NCBI GenBank assembly: GCA_000438195.1
Contig: FR903078.1
Span: 9,845-73,844, forward strand
Length of the DNA stretch: 64,000 nt
DNA from: Mycoplasma sp. CAG:776
GTDB lineage: Bacteria > Bacillota_I > Bacilli_A > RF39 > UBA660
Direction: 5' to 3'
Positions 27,678-37,678 of the stretch are shown here, piece after piece; positions within the stretch are counted from its first letter, which is position 1; the number at the start of each line of letters is the position of its first letter. The notes under the pieces are model-generated. The model was not told the DNA's origin, did no database searches, and was given only the letters and a program-made list of their open reading frames with translations. Position numbers and translations under genes: made by a program.

Positions 27678-28115
27678 TTACTTACTTTCTAACATGATAG
27701 TTATTGGGCCATCATTAACAATATTTACTTGCATATCTGCGCCAAAAATTCCTGGTTTGGTTGTAATATATTTTCTTAATTCTTCATTAAATTTTTCGTA
27801 TAAAATAATTGCTTCTTTTCCATTTAATGCTTCAATATAAGAAGGTCTATTTCCCTTTTTGGTATTCGCATACAAAGTAAATTGACTTATAGAAAGTATT
27901 TCTCCTCCTGTTTCTAATATTGATTTATTCATAATTCCTTTTTCATCATCAAAAATTCTTAAATTTATGACTTTTTGAACCATTTTCTCGATATCTTTTA
28001 AAGTATCTCCTATAGTAAATCCTACTAATAAAACTAGCCCTTTATCAATATGGTTTACGGTTTTTCCATTTACTGAAACGCTACTTTGTTTGCTTCTTTG
28101 TACTAGAATTTTCAT
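27678..28115 (-). CDS. dtd: D-aminoacyl-tRNA deacylase
   Basis: SQFTLYANTKKGNRPSY and the ..NDGPITI.. C-terminal motif. Overlaps the relA stop by 1 nt. Confidence 0.9.
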   Translation of the reverse strand: MKILVQRSKQSSVSVNGKTVNHIDKGLVLLVGFTIGDTLKDIEKMVQKVINLRIFDDEKGIMNKSILETGGEILSISQFTLYANTKKGNRPSYIEALNGKEAIILYEKFNEELRKYITTKPGIFGADMQVNIVNDGPITIMLESK

Positions 28116-30268
28116 TATTTACTCCTATTTACCTTGCTAACAAATGATAGCATCTCTAAATCTAATACAATTCTTTCAACTTCCTCTTTGTTTTTAACTT
28201 TTAAAGTTACTTCATAAACATAACTATTTGCATATTCTTTTGTTTTAAAGGAATCTATATGTAAATTTCTTTTAGTAAAAGTGGCAATAATATCTGATAA
28301 GTAACTTTTATTATTATCTGTTTCAATAAATAAATCAGTTAAGTATGTTGATTCATTTTGATAATTCCATTTTACTTCAATCATTCTTTCAGTTTTATCC
28401 GTCATATTAGGGCAGTTCTTTTTGTGAACAGTAATTCCTTGACCTTTTGTGATAAAGCCGATGATTTCATCACCTTTTACAGGTTTACAGCACTTAGCAA
28501 TATTGACTAAAATATCTCCTATTCCAGCAACAATAATATCATTTTTATAATTTCCTTCTTGCTTAGAATGGTTTGCTACTTTTTCAATTAAAGCGTCTTC
28601 AACATTTGCTTTAATATCCGTTGTTAAACTGATTATAAAACCAGCAGTATATCTTAAACTACCAATTGATAAGTAAATATCTTCTAAATCTTTTAATTTT
28701 AAATCTTTTAATATTTTCTTTGTATTTTCTTCACTCATTGTTTCGCTAAAAGATAACTTCCTTTTACGTAGTTCTTTTTCTAAAATATCTTTCCCTTTTT
28801 CTACTAAAAAAGTTCTTTCTTGCTTACTAAAATAAGATTTAATTTTGTTTTTTGCTTGACTCGTTTTAACAAAGTTTAGCCAATCTTTATTTGGCGAACT
28901 ATTCGTATTGGTTTTTATTTTAACGATATCATTATTTTCTAATTCATGATTTAGAGGAACAATTGTATCATTTACAATAGCGCCAACCGTTTTATCACCT
29001 ACATCAGAATGAATACGATAAGCAAAATCTATAGGAGTTGCCCCTCTTGGAAGCTCCATTACATCTCCTTTGGGAGTAAAAACATAAATCATTTCTGCGA
29101 GCATATCACTTGTTACATCTTTGGCAAAAGCAAGATCATCTACTTCTTCATGCGTTTCAATTAAGTTACGAAACATTTCTAACTTTTGCTCCATTATATT
29201 TTGTACTTTTTTTGTACCGTGTTCTTTATACGACCAGTGTGATGCCATTCCTTTTTCAGCAAATTCATCCATTTCATAAGTTCTAAATTGAACTTCAAAT
29301 AAATGGCCATCTACTCCAAAAACGGTTGTATGCAAACTTTGGTACATGTTAGCTTTTGGCATAGCGATATAATCTTTAAAACGTTTAGGAATTGGTCTAT
29401 ATTTAGCATGAACAAGTCCTACAGCTAGATAGCAATCACTTACTGTTTCTAGTATTACTCTTAAAGCTAAAATATCATATATTTCATTCCATTTTTTGCC
29501 ATTCGATAATTTGTTATAGATACTGTGAACACTTTTTACTCGACCTTTTATTTTAAATTTTAAACCCTGTTCTGTTAAAATATTCGTTATGCTTTCTTGC
29601 ATCTCTTCCAAAGAATCACTTAATTCTTTTTGAGTTTCATTTAATTTTTCTAAAATATCATTATAAACATCTGGTTTCGTATAATATAAACATAAATTTT
29701 CTAATTCGCTTTTAATAGAATTAATTCCTAAACGGTGAGCGATAGGTATTAAGACAGCCATTGTTTCATATGCTTTTTGTTTTTGCTTTTTGGGATTAAC
29801 TGCATAATTAGTTCGCATATTATGTAACCTATCCGCTAGTTTTATAAATAACACACGAACATCCGTTGCTAATCCTACTAATACTTTTCTTAAATAGATT
29901 GCACTTGACTCAGAATCATCTACTAACTCTAATTTGTTAATTTTAGTAATAGAATCGACAATTGTTGCAACAGTATCTCCAAATTTTTCTTCTATTTCAT
30001 CTAAACCCGTTTCGCCATTATTCATCACTTCGTGTAATAATGCACCAATAATAGTAGTAGCATCGACATTCAAACTGTTTACTATTTTAGCAACATGTAA
30101 AGGATGGGTGATGAAATCTTCACCTGTTAGTCTCTTCATTCCTTTATGTTTTTCCAAAGCAAATTGATAAGCTTCTTTAATTTTTAATAATTCTTCTGTA
30201 TCTTTAATATTTTCTTTTATATTTTCATAAACACTTTCAAATGTAATCGTCTCTTCTTCCGCTTTCAT
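28115..30268 (-). CDS. relA: Bifunctional (p)ppGpp synthetase/hydrolase RelA/SpoT (Rel)
   Basis: HD domain HPLHVAKIV..., synthetase RVKSVHSIYNKL, and TGS and ACT-like C-terminal regions. 717 aa. Confidence 0.92.
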   Translation of the reverse strand: MKAEEETITFESVYENIKENIKDTEELLKIKEAYQFALEKHKGMKRLTGEDFITHPLHVAKIVNSLNVDATTIIGALLHEVMNNGETGLDEIEEKFGDTVATIVDSITKINKLELVDDSESSAIYLRKVLVGLATDVRVLFIKLADRLHNMRTNYAVNPKKQKQKAYETMAVLIPIAHRLGINSIKSELENLCLYYTKPDVYNDILEKLNETQKELSDSLEEMQESITNILTEQGLKFKIKGRVKSVHSIYNKLSNGKKWNEIYDILALRVILETVSDCYLAVGLVHAKYRPIPKRFKDYIAMPKANMYQSLHTTVFGVDGHLFEVQFRTYEMDEFAEKGMASHWSYKEHGTKKVQNIMEQKLEMFRNLIETHEEVDDLAFAKDVTSDMLAEMIYVFTPKGDVMELPRGATPIDFAYRIHSDVGDKTVGAIVNDTIVPLNHELENNDIVKIKTNTNSSPNKDWLNFVKTSQAKNKIKSYFSKQERTFLVEKGKDILEKELRKRKLSFSETMSEENTKKILKDLKLKDLEDIYLSIGSLRYTAGFIISLTTDIKANVEDALIEKVANHSKQEGNYKNDIIVAGIGDILVNIAKCCKPVKGDEIIGFITKGQGITVHKKNCPNMTDKTERMIEVKWNYQNESTYLTDLFIETDNNKSYLSDIIATFTKRNLHIDSFKTKEYANSYVYEVTLKVKNKEEVERIVLDLEMLSFVSKVNRSK

Positions 30269-30559
30269 TTATATCTCCTCTTGATTTGGTTTTCTTCTGT
30301 ATTTCTTTAATTCTTCTTTCACATAATGATCTAATTCCTGAACTTCAATGTTAAAAATATCATTTACCATGTCTCCTAGATCGAGGGCTTTTGAAGTAGT
30401 CCATTTATAATTTTTTAGATAGTTCCAAATATCTTCCTCTCCTATATAGGCCATTCCTTTTTTATGAATTTCCCTTGCTTTACTTCTTAAAGCTGGCAAA
30501 AGTCTTTCATAAAGTTCTGCGAGACTTTTAAATTTAATTTCGTTATTCAATTTTATCAC
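30269..30559 (-). CDS. Small post-transcriptional-regulator-like protein (ComN/YrzD-like)
   Basis: 96 aa, divergent from a SpoVB-like gene and next to relA, as for comN in B. subtilis. Assignment is mainly by size and synteny. Confidence 0.45.
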   Translation of the reverse strand: MIKLNNEIKFKSLAELYERLLPALRSKAREIHKKGMAYIGEEDIWNYLKNYKWTTSKALDLGDMVNDIFNIEVQELDHYVKEELKKYRRKPNQEEI

Positions 30560-30628
30560 CTACTAAATAAAATTTAATTTCATATATTTAATTATATACT
30601 AAATCATAAAATTTTAAAAGGGGGACAT

Positions 30629-31921
30629 ATGAAACAAAACAAATTTTTGAAAGCAACCTTTATTTTGATGATTGGTGGATTAATTACTAAAATACTAGGA
30701 TTTGGTATTCGCATTATTTATACAAGAATGGTTGGCAGTGATGCAATTAACTTATATTCCCTAGTTATGCCTACTTATTCTTTACTTCTTACTATTGCTA
30801 CTCTTTCTTTACCAATTGTTATTTCTAAGTTAATTAGCGAACATCGGACGCGAAGTATTAAAATATTATCTAGTGCAACTATAATCACAATGATTTTAAA
30901 TTCACTTGTAATTGCTCTTATTTATTTTACAAAAGATTTTATCGCTTCCACTCTTTTAAATGATGAAAGATGTAGTATTCTTTTAATGGCGATGGCTCTT
31001 ACTTTTCCTTTTGTATCTTTATCTAGTATTTTTAAAGGATATTTTTATGGTAAACAAAAAATGGTTCCTCATACCATTTCTAATATTATTGAGCAAATTG
31101 TCCGAGTATTTTTAATTTTTTTAGTTATTCCTTCTCTTGTTAATAAAGGTATTGTTTATTCAGTTATGGGACTAATACTTATTAGTATTGCCTCAGAACT
31201 CGCTTCTATTTTGACTTTTCTTTTCTTTCTGCCTAAAAAGTTTCAAATAAAAAAAGAAGATTTAAAACCAGATATGAAAACCACTAAAGAAATACTTAGT
31301 ATCTCTATTCCTACGGTTTCAGGAAGATTAGTGGGAAATATTGGTTTCTTTTTTGAGCCCATTCTTCTTACTAATATTCTTTTATTTGCAGGTTATTCTA
31401 TGGATTTTATTTTAAATGAATACGGCGCTTATAATGCTTACACTATTTCTTTACTTGCTATGCCTTCCTTTTTTATCGCCGCTATATCTTCTTCCTTGCT
31501 TCCTGAAATATCAAGGTTTTATTACCAAAAAAATATTAATATGGTAAAAAGAAGATTAAAGCAAGCTTTAATCCTATCTTTTATCGTAGGTATTATTTTT
31601 TCTTCTTTTATTTATCTTTTTAGAGAATCTTTATTATCTACTTTATATAATACCACTAAAGGAAGTGAATATATTGAAGTTTTGGCTCCTTTCTTTGTAT
31701 TATTTTATTTAGAAGGCCCTCTACAAAGCGTATTGCAAGCAATCGGAAAAGCAAAAACTACCATGTTTATTACTATGGTAGCGGTTATCGTTAAATTACT
31801 TTCTATGTCCTTATTATCATTATGTCATATTGGAATGTATTCTCTAGTCATAGCAGAAATTATAGATATTTTCATTGTGGTTATTCTATGCACTAAAAAT
31901 ATCAAGAAGGAATTGTATTAA
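30629..31921 (+). CDS. MOP-superfamily flippase, SpoVB/MurJ-like polysaccharide biosynthesis protein
   Basis: 430 aa, about 12 or more TM segments. N-terminus KATFILMIGGLITKILGFGIRIIYTRMVG is typical of the SpoVB/MurJ family. Confidence 0.7.
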   Translation: MKQNKFLKATFILMIGGLITKILGFGIRIIYTRMVGSDAINLYSLVMPTYSLLLTIATLSLPIVISKLISEHRTRSIKILSSATIITMILNSLVIALIYFTKDFIASTLLNDERCSILLMAMALTFPFVSLSSIFKGYFYGKQKMVPHTISNIIEQIVRVFLIFLVIPSLVNKGIVYSVMGLILISIASELASILTFLFFLPKKFQIKKEDLKPDMKTTKEILSISIPTVSGRLVGNIGFFFEPILLTNILLFAGYSMDFILNEYGAYNAYTISLLAMPSFFIAAISSSLLPEISRFYYQKNINMVKRRLKQALILSFIVGIIFSSFIYLFRESLLSTLYNTTKGSEYIEVLAPFFVLFYLEGPLQSVLQAIGKAKTTMFITMVAVIVKLLSMSLLSLCHIGMYSLVIAEIIDIFIVVILCTKNIKKELY

Positions 31922-31964
31922 TCATTTAAGTTTATTGTTCATTTACAAAATGTTTTGAAAAAAA

Positions 31965-33278
31965 TTAAATTTCATACGGTGTTGAAGATGTTCCATTTCC
32001 TGATTTTATAATAACATCCGCTGACAGATTAATTACTGGACGTACTCCAAATGCGGTACTTACAGCGTTATATGTACTTAGGACTCCATTTGAATGCACA
32101 TAGAATGGAGCTGCTCCACTAGCGTAATAACATGGTGTCATAGTCCAATAATCATTTTCCGCATATATATAATTACTTGTTGCGCTGATTCCTGTGCCGG
32201 TTATTGGTAATCCTGCCATAACTACTTCATCTGCTGTTATTAGTCCGATTGGATTTACTAAGGCTTTATTTCCTTTACTACTTGATGAGGTTGTATACAA
32301 ATCATTACTATTACTACACTTAAATGTTGGATTTACACTACTACTATTTTGTGCTAATCTTCCATATCCCGCATAATAGATTGTACTACTAGGCTCACTA
32401 CTCCATGAGTATCCACTTGCCATTTCTCGATCTCCACAGAATCCGGCTTCTGTACTTATCTTGTCTGCATAACTTGCTAAATTACTACTATACCAACTAT
32501 CTAATACATCTTTAATTGAACTATCTGTCGTATTTCCGTGCTGTTGATTGATTGTATACATATAACCCACATGCTCACTCCGGTTATAATCAGTATTAAA
32601 TGCACTCTCTTGAATCTGCGTTCCTATTCCAGTAACATTAGTGCTTGTTCCATTATAGATCATTCGGATACTTCCATCTCCATTAATCCTTATGATTCGC
32701 CAATAAAATCCTGCAAATTTTACCCAATTATCTGTTGGCGCTCCTGCAAAATAATAAGTATCGCCATCATTGTCTTTTGATTTATATATCGTTCCGGTTG
32801 TATCCCCTTCTACTTTACTAGATCGCATTAATGGTAAATTTCTCGTTTTAATTTCTTTACCTTCCATAATAGTACTTGTTAATAATATTTTTTGCTCATC
32901 AAAATATAAATAACATTTACTATTCTTTTGTAAACCAGAAAAAGTATGATAACCATCTATTGTTTTCAAAGTTATATTTGTTTCCTTATTTACATTGTCT
33001 AAGGTACAATAGCTTTTTTTTTCATTAATAATATATCCACTAGATGGCATCTCCTCTATTTCGCTATATTCCCCATTATTGTTTTCTTGATACATTGCAA
33101 TTACTTTAAAATCATAAGGCGTATAATTAATTGTTCCATTTACTAATGGTATAGACTCAGTAGTTCGATATTTGGCTCTCGTAAACGTAAGAATACACGC
33201 TCCAATAATTGATACTGTTGCTATTCCTACTATAATATTTCTTTTTAGATGACTTCTCTTTAAAATTTCAAATTTCAT
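31965..33278 (-). CDS. Membrane-anchored secreted protein, paralog family A (N-terminal module shared with 58739-59908)
   Basis: N-terminus MKFEILKRSHLKRNIIVGIATVSIIGACILTFTRAKYRTTESIPLVNGTINY is shared with the second locus. The C-terminus ends ..YWTMTP...FGVRPVINL, a pattern I recall as common in uncharacterised Bacillota surface proteins. Confidence 0.7.
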   Translation of the reverse strand: MKFEILKRSHLKRNIIVGIATVSIIGACILTFTRAKYRTTESIPLVNGTINYTPYDFKVIAMYQENNNGEYSEIEEMPSSGYIINEKKSYCTLDNVNKETNITLKTIDGYHTFSGLQKNSKCYLYFDEQKILLTSTIMEGKEIKTRNLPLMRSSKVEGDTTGTIYKSKDNDGDTYYFAGAPTDNWVKFAGFYWRIIRINGDGSIRMIYNGTSTNVTGIGTQIQESAFNTDYNRSEHVGYMYTINQQHGNTTDSSIKDVLDSWYSSNLASYADKISTEAGFCGDREMASGYSWSSEPSSTIYYAGYGRLAQNSSSVNPTFKCSNSNDLYTTSSSSKGNKALVNPIGLITADEVVMAGLPITGTGISATSNYIYAENDYWTMTPCYYASGAAPFYVHSNGVLSTYNAVSTAFGVRPVINLSADVIIKSGNGTSSTPYEI

Positions 33279-33430
33279 TGTTCATCTCTCCTTTATGAAG
33301 TATTACTTCATTGTCATTAGTATTGAAAATTTATACACTTATTCCGTGTATTATGTTTTTATTATACGCGTATTACGGATATAAGTCAATACGCTTTTGA
33401 CGAATATAGTAAAATGCTTTTGGTGATTGT

Positions 33431-33652
33431 ATGGAAAGATTAAGAGATATACGAGAAGATAGAGACTTAAAGCAAAAAGATATTGCTCAAATATTAAATG
33501 TTAGCCAACAAACTTACTCGAGATATGAAACTAACGAAATTAGTATAGATAAAGAAAGCCTTATTAAATTAGCTCAGTTTTATCATACAAGTGTTGATTA
33601 TTTGCTTGAATTAACTGATGAAAGAAACCCTTATCCACGAAAAAAGCCATAA
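33431..33652 (+). CDS. XRE-family HTH transcriptional regulator (73 aa)
   Basis: LKQKDIAQILNVSQQTYSRYETNE. Divergent from 31965-33278. Confidence 0.75.
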   Translation: MERLRDIREDRDLKQKDIAQILNVSQQTYSRYETNEISIDKESLIKLAQFYHTSVDYLLELTDERNPYPRKKP

Positions 33653-33691
33653 AATTATTTATGACTTTTTTATATAAAACAGATGTCTATA

Positions 33692-34231
33692 TTATTGTCT
33701 AATCTCATTATCATATTCTTTCTTTGCAAGCTTTACAATATTAGTGATAAAATCATTTTTTCCTTTTGTATATTTGGGTCTTTCATTTGCATATTTTAAA
33801 GCTAATTTTTCTTTTAATTCACAATATTCTTTAAGATATTTAGGATGTTCTAACAAATACTTTTTAAAATATACTTGATTATAATATGTATCACTTTTTG
33901 GTTCTACAAAATGAAGGTAATGACTTCTCGCTTCTTCTGAGCCTTTTGCAAAAAAATATCTATCTGAAACTCCATGTTGGCCTCTATTTTCATAATTATA
34001 TTTTTTTAATATTTCTTCAATTTCAGAAATTTCATTTAAACTATCGATGACAATTAGAATATCTATAATTGGTTTAGCTTTCAAACCTGGAATAGAAGTA
34101 CTACCAATATGATGAATTTCTTTAATTCTATTTTTTAAAACACGTCTTAACAATTCTTCTTCTTTCCTATATTCATTATCCCAATTAGAATCATAATCAA
34201 CTAATTCTACTATTCCTCTTTTCAATGCCAT
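33692..34231 (-). CDS. GrpB-family protein
   Basis: IHHIGSTSIPGLKAKPIIDI and the HYLHF pattern. Confidence 0.7.
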   Translation of the reverse strand: MALKRGIVELVDYDSNWDNEYRKEEELLRRVLKNRIKEIHHIGSTSIPGLKAKPIIDILIVIDSLNEISEIEEILKKYNYENRGQHGVSDRYFFAKGSEEARSHYLHFVEPKSDTYYNQVYFKKYLLEHPKYLKEYCELKEKLALKYANERPKYTKGKNDFITNIVKLAKKEYDNEIRQ

Positions 34232-34352
34232 TTTGAATTTTCTCCTTTTCTAGTAATATCACATTGCGTAATTAGAATTCTACTTTAAATTAAAAATAAT
34301 AAACCATATAGATTTAAAACAGTAAGCCTTTCTAAACAATAAAAGAACAATT

Positions 34353-35183
34353 TTATGACTTGTTATTTTTATACTTATATAATGCTGAAGGTCTATGTCC
34401 CTCACCTGTTTTTACATATGTTGTTTTTTCAACTTTATCAGCAATGATCCTTCTAAAAGCTGGATCTAATAATTTTTTATTTAGAATTACTTCATATACT
34501 TGTTGTAAATCACCTAAAGCAAAATATTCTGGCATCATATTAAATACAATATCCGTATAATTTACTTTATTCTTAAGCCTTTCGATTCCTGACCAAATTA
34601 CTAAAGGATGATCAAATGCTAAAGAATCATTTTCGAGGATTGTAAATTTATATCTATCTGTAGTTTGTTCTTTTAAAGTTTTTCCTATTCTAAATTTAAT
34701 AGTTTCATTTCCATTGTCTAATAGTACTAAAACGTCTTTTTCACTTTCAAAATAACTAACATTAAACCACGTAGCATTGGGATTTAACTTGTCTTTCAAC
34801 TTATTTTTATCAACAAGTGCCATATAAGAAGTTGATACAACTCGCATACGAGGGTCTCTATCTATACTGCCAAAAGTATATAATTGTTCTAAGTAAATAT
34901 TATGTAAATTTGTCTCTCTTTCTAAAATGCGTTTAGGACATTCTTCTAAATCTTCTTTGATGTCTAGAAAACCACCAGGAAGACACCATTTATTTTTGAA
35001 AGGATAATCTGCCCTTTTTACCAAAAGAATACTCATATATTTTTTGCTAGATTTACGGTAATTTTCTTCTTTTTCACTACTAACACTTAATAGGAGAATA
35101 TCTGTTGTTAATGATAATTTTTCAAATATACTAGAATCATAAGCTTTTAAAAATTCTTCTTCACTTTGATACACGTTAAACAC
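34353..35183 (-). CDS. Nudix-domain protein with C-terminal winged-helix-like extension (NrtR-like)
   Basis: Degenerate Nudix box GGFLDIKEDLEECPKRILERETN plus a C-terminal domain of about 90 aa. Sits next to nadK. Confidence 0.55.
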   Translation of the reverse strand: MFNVYQSEEEFLKAYDSSIFEKLSLTTDILLLSVSSEKEENYRKSSKKYMSILLVKRADYPFKNKWCLPGGFLDIKEDLEECPKRILERETNLHNIYLEQLYTFGSIDRDPRMRVVSTSYMALVDKNKLKDKLNPNATWFNVSYFESEKDVLVLLDNGNETIKFRIGKTLKEQTTDRYKFTILENDSLAFDHPLVIWSGIERLKNKVNYTDIVFNMMPEYFALGDLQQVYEVILNKKLLDPAFRRIIADKVEKTTYVKTGEGHRPSALYKYKNNKS

Positions 35184-35222
35184 CTCTTTTTTATTATAAA
35201 ATATTTTTCTTATTTTGAATAG

Positions 35223-36029
35223 TTATTTCCCTAATAATTTATTATTAATAGTTTTGATAAAATTAAAGTTATTCATTCGTAAACATTTTATTTTTTTATC
35301 TTCTATTTTTACATCTATTTTTAATACATTCTCCATTTTAAAATTTTCTCCATCCAATGTTATAAAAAGATTTTTAGTTTTAGTATTTGGAACATAAGAA
35401 ATTATTTTTTTCTCTGGTATAATAACGGAATTTGTAAGACTCTGGTATACCTTATTATTTAAAGGGGCTATGGGAGTAATTGATAAAGTATTTAAAGTAT
35501 TATATATGATACTTCCTCCATAACAAATGTTATAAGCCGTACTTCCTGTTGAAGAACTTATTAATATTCCATCACCAGTGTAGTTTTCTAATAATTCTCT
35601 ATCAACATAAATATAGGCATCCATAACTTTAAAGTTAAGATCGCGAATAACAATTTCGTTTAAAAAATTAAAGTGGAATGTTTTAGCTTCTGTTGTTACT
35701 GTTACATCAGCTATACTGATTTTTTCAATTTTAAAATCATTTTCACTTAATCTTTTAATAAAGTTAGGACACTCGCTTATATCAATTTCTTGTAAAAATC
35801 CCAACGTTCCAGCATTAATCCCCACATAATAGACGGAAACATTAAATTTGTTTTCATTTACCATCCTAAGAAACGAGCCATCTCCCCCTATTGATATTAA
35901 AAGTTCCTCTTGCTCTTCTACTATTTCAAATCCATAGTTTTTTAACTCATTTTCTATTCTTTTAGCTACCAAAATACTTTTTTCGTTATCATTTACAAAT
36001 AAACGAATCTTTTTTATTTTTCTATCCAT
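35223..36029 (-). CDS. nadK: NAD kinase
   Basis: GGDGSFLR and SSSTGSTAYN motifs. Confidence 0.88.
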   Translation of the reverse strand: MDRKIKKIRLFVNDNEKSILVAKRIENELKNYGFEIVEEQEELLISIGGDGSFLRMVNENKFNVSVYYVGINAGTLGFLQEIDISECPNFIKRLSENDFKIEKISIADVTVTTEAKTFHFNFLNEIVIRDLNFKVMDAYIYVDRELLENYTGDGILISSSTGSTAYNICYGGSIIYNTLNTLSITPIAPLNNKVYQSLTNSVIIPEKKIISYVPNTKTKNLFITLDGENFKMENVLKIDVKIEDKKIKCLRMNNFNFIKTINNKLLGK

Positions 36030-36120
36030 TTTATTTTCCCTTCTAATCGTTTTGTTATTAACATTATATTAATAAGTAGACTGTTTGTCAATAATAAAAA
36101 AACAATAGCAAAAACTATTG

Positions 36121-37293
36121 TTAATTTGTAATACTTGCCATTTCCCTTTTGGCTTTAATTGTTTTGTTTTCAATTGATACTCTTTCTACAACAAATAGCA
36201 TAATTACCACATTAATAGTAAAAGATCCACCGTAACTTAATAATGGTAACGGAACACCAGTTAAAGGAATTAAAGCTAGAATACCTAATAAGTTAATTAA
36301 AATATGAAATAAGAGATATAAAAAGACGCCATAAGCAAGAATACTTAGTCTTAAATTCTCAGCTTGTCTAGCTATAATTAAAATACGCCATAACATTACC
36401 ATGTAACCAACTATTAATAATACTCCTACTAATAATCCTAATTCTTCTACTATAATTGGAAAAATAAAATCCGTATGACTTTCAGGCAAATATAAATATT
36501 TTTGACTACTATTTCCTAATCCAACTCCAAATAATCCACCGTTATGAATGGCAATAAAGCCATTACATACTTGATATCCTGTATTTTCTGTGTATCTTTC
36601 ACATGGGTTGCGAAATTCAAAACGTTGTAACTGACGAGAATTTAGGATTTCAGTATTACTATAGAGTAATGCTAAAATGGCTACAACTAAACAAATGCCT
36701 CCTATTTTTAATACTTTTATAATATTTTGCTTAACAAAAGGAATACTTATAAATACAAAAAAGACGATTCCGCATATAATTAAGGCTGTTCCAAAGTCTG
36801 GCTGCATAGCAATCAAAACCGCTATGATTAAACATATTGCTACTGGAAATAAAAAAGCATATATATTATTATTTTTTCTTTTTTCTAATCTACTATAAGC
36901 GACTGCTAAAAAAACAATAATAACTGACTTAGCAAATTCACTTGGTTGCAAAGCAAAAGGACCCAAATCATACCAACTTCGAGCATTATTGGTTAATTGT
37001 CCATAAATTAATAATCCTAATAAAGCGACAATAATCCCTATAATGGCAAAAGGAGCTATATATTTATATTTACTTGTTGGGAAACGTATGACTATTAAAA
37101 ATCCAATGATAAATGCCCCAATTAAAAAGATTGCTTGTCTTAAAAAAAAGTGATATTGAGGAACATTGTATCTTAAAACAGTAGATACACTTGATGAGGA
37201 AAAAATCATAATTAGTCCAACAATACTATATATAATCATTAAAATTAAGAGCCATATGTCCATTTTACTAAATAGTTTCTTCACTAATAACAC
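36121..37293 (-). CDS. SEDS-family peptidoglycan glycosyltransferase (FtsW/RodA/SpoVE)
   Basis: QPSEFAK, ESHTDFIFPIIVEELG, PLTGVPLPLLSYGGS. Confidence 0.88.
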   Translation of the reverse strand: MLLVKKLFSKMDIWLLILMIIYSIVGLIMIFSSSSVSTVLRYNVPQYHFFLRQAIFLIGAFIIGFLIVIRFPTSKYKYIAPFAIIGIIVALLGLLIYGQLTNNARSWYDLGPFALQPSEFAKSVIIVFLAVAYSRLEKRKNNNIYAFLFPVAICLIIAVLIAMQPDFGTALIICGIVFFVFISIPFVKQNIIKVLKIGGICLVVAILALLYSNTEILNSRQLQRFEFRNPCERYTENTGYQVCNGFIAIHNGGLFGVGLGNSSQKYLYLPESHTDFIFPIIVEELGLLVGVLLIVGYMVMLWRILIIARQAENLRLSILAYGVFLYLLFHILINLLGILALIPLTGVPLPLLSYGGSFTINVVIMLFVVERVSIENKTIKAKREMASITN

Positions 37294-37415
37294 CCTATAT
37301 ATAGTTTATCATATTCCCTATCTATTTTAAAGAAATTTTAAAAATTATAAATTTTTAATGTCAAAATGATGCCTAAATGAGTAAACTATAATAGATACAT
37401 AAAGGAGGTATAAAT

Positions 37416-37598
37416 ATGTATTATTATGGAAATAATGGCTACTATGGCGGTGGCTATGGTGGATACCAACCTTGTTGTAATACAGGATATGCTGGATATA
37501 CAAGTGGCTATGGTATAGGAGCCGCTATATGGATTGTCTTATTTATTTTACTTGTTATTATCATTGGCGCTGGATGGAGCTGGGGTAATAACAACTAG
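37416..37598 (+). CDS. Gly/Tyr-rich tiny membrane protein, YjcZ-like sporulation protein family
   Basis: MYYYGNNGYYGGGYGGY... followed by one TM AAIWIVLFILLVIIIGAGW. RBS AAAGGAGG upstream. Confidence 0.6.
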   Translation: MYYYGNNGYYGGGYGGYQPCCNTGYAGYTSGYGIGAAIWIVLFILLVIIIGAGWSWGNNN

Positions 37599-37678
37599 GA
37601 AGATGCTTCTTCCTTTTTTTATTTTACAAATTTTAAAATTTATGATAAAATAAAGCCACTTAAGGGGTGTATAGTTTT

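Noticed and set aside
33150-33278. Type IV prepilin-like or SipW-type signal peptide at the shared N-terminus of the family-A proteins (also 59780-59908)
   Set aside because: There is no G/FTLxE prepilin cleavage motif. The resemblance of FTRAKYRTT to TasA-type signals is too weak to call.
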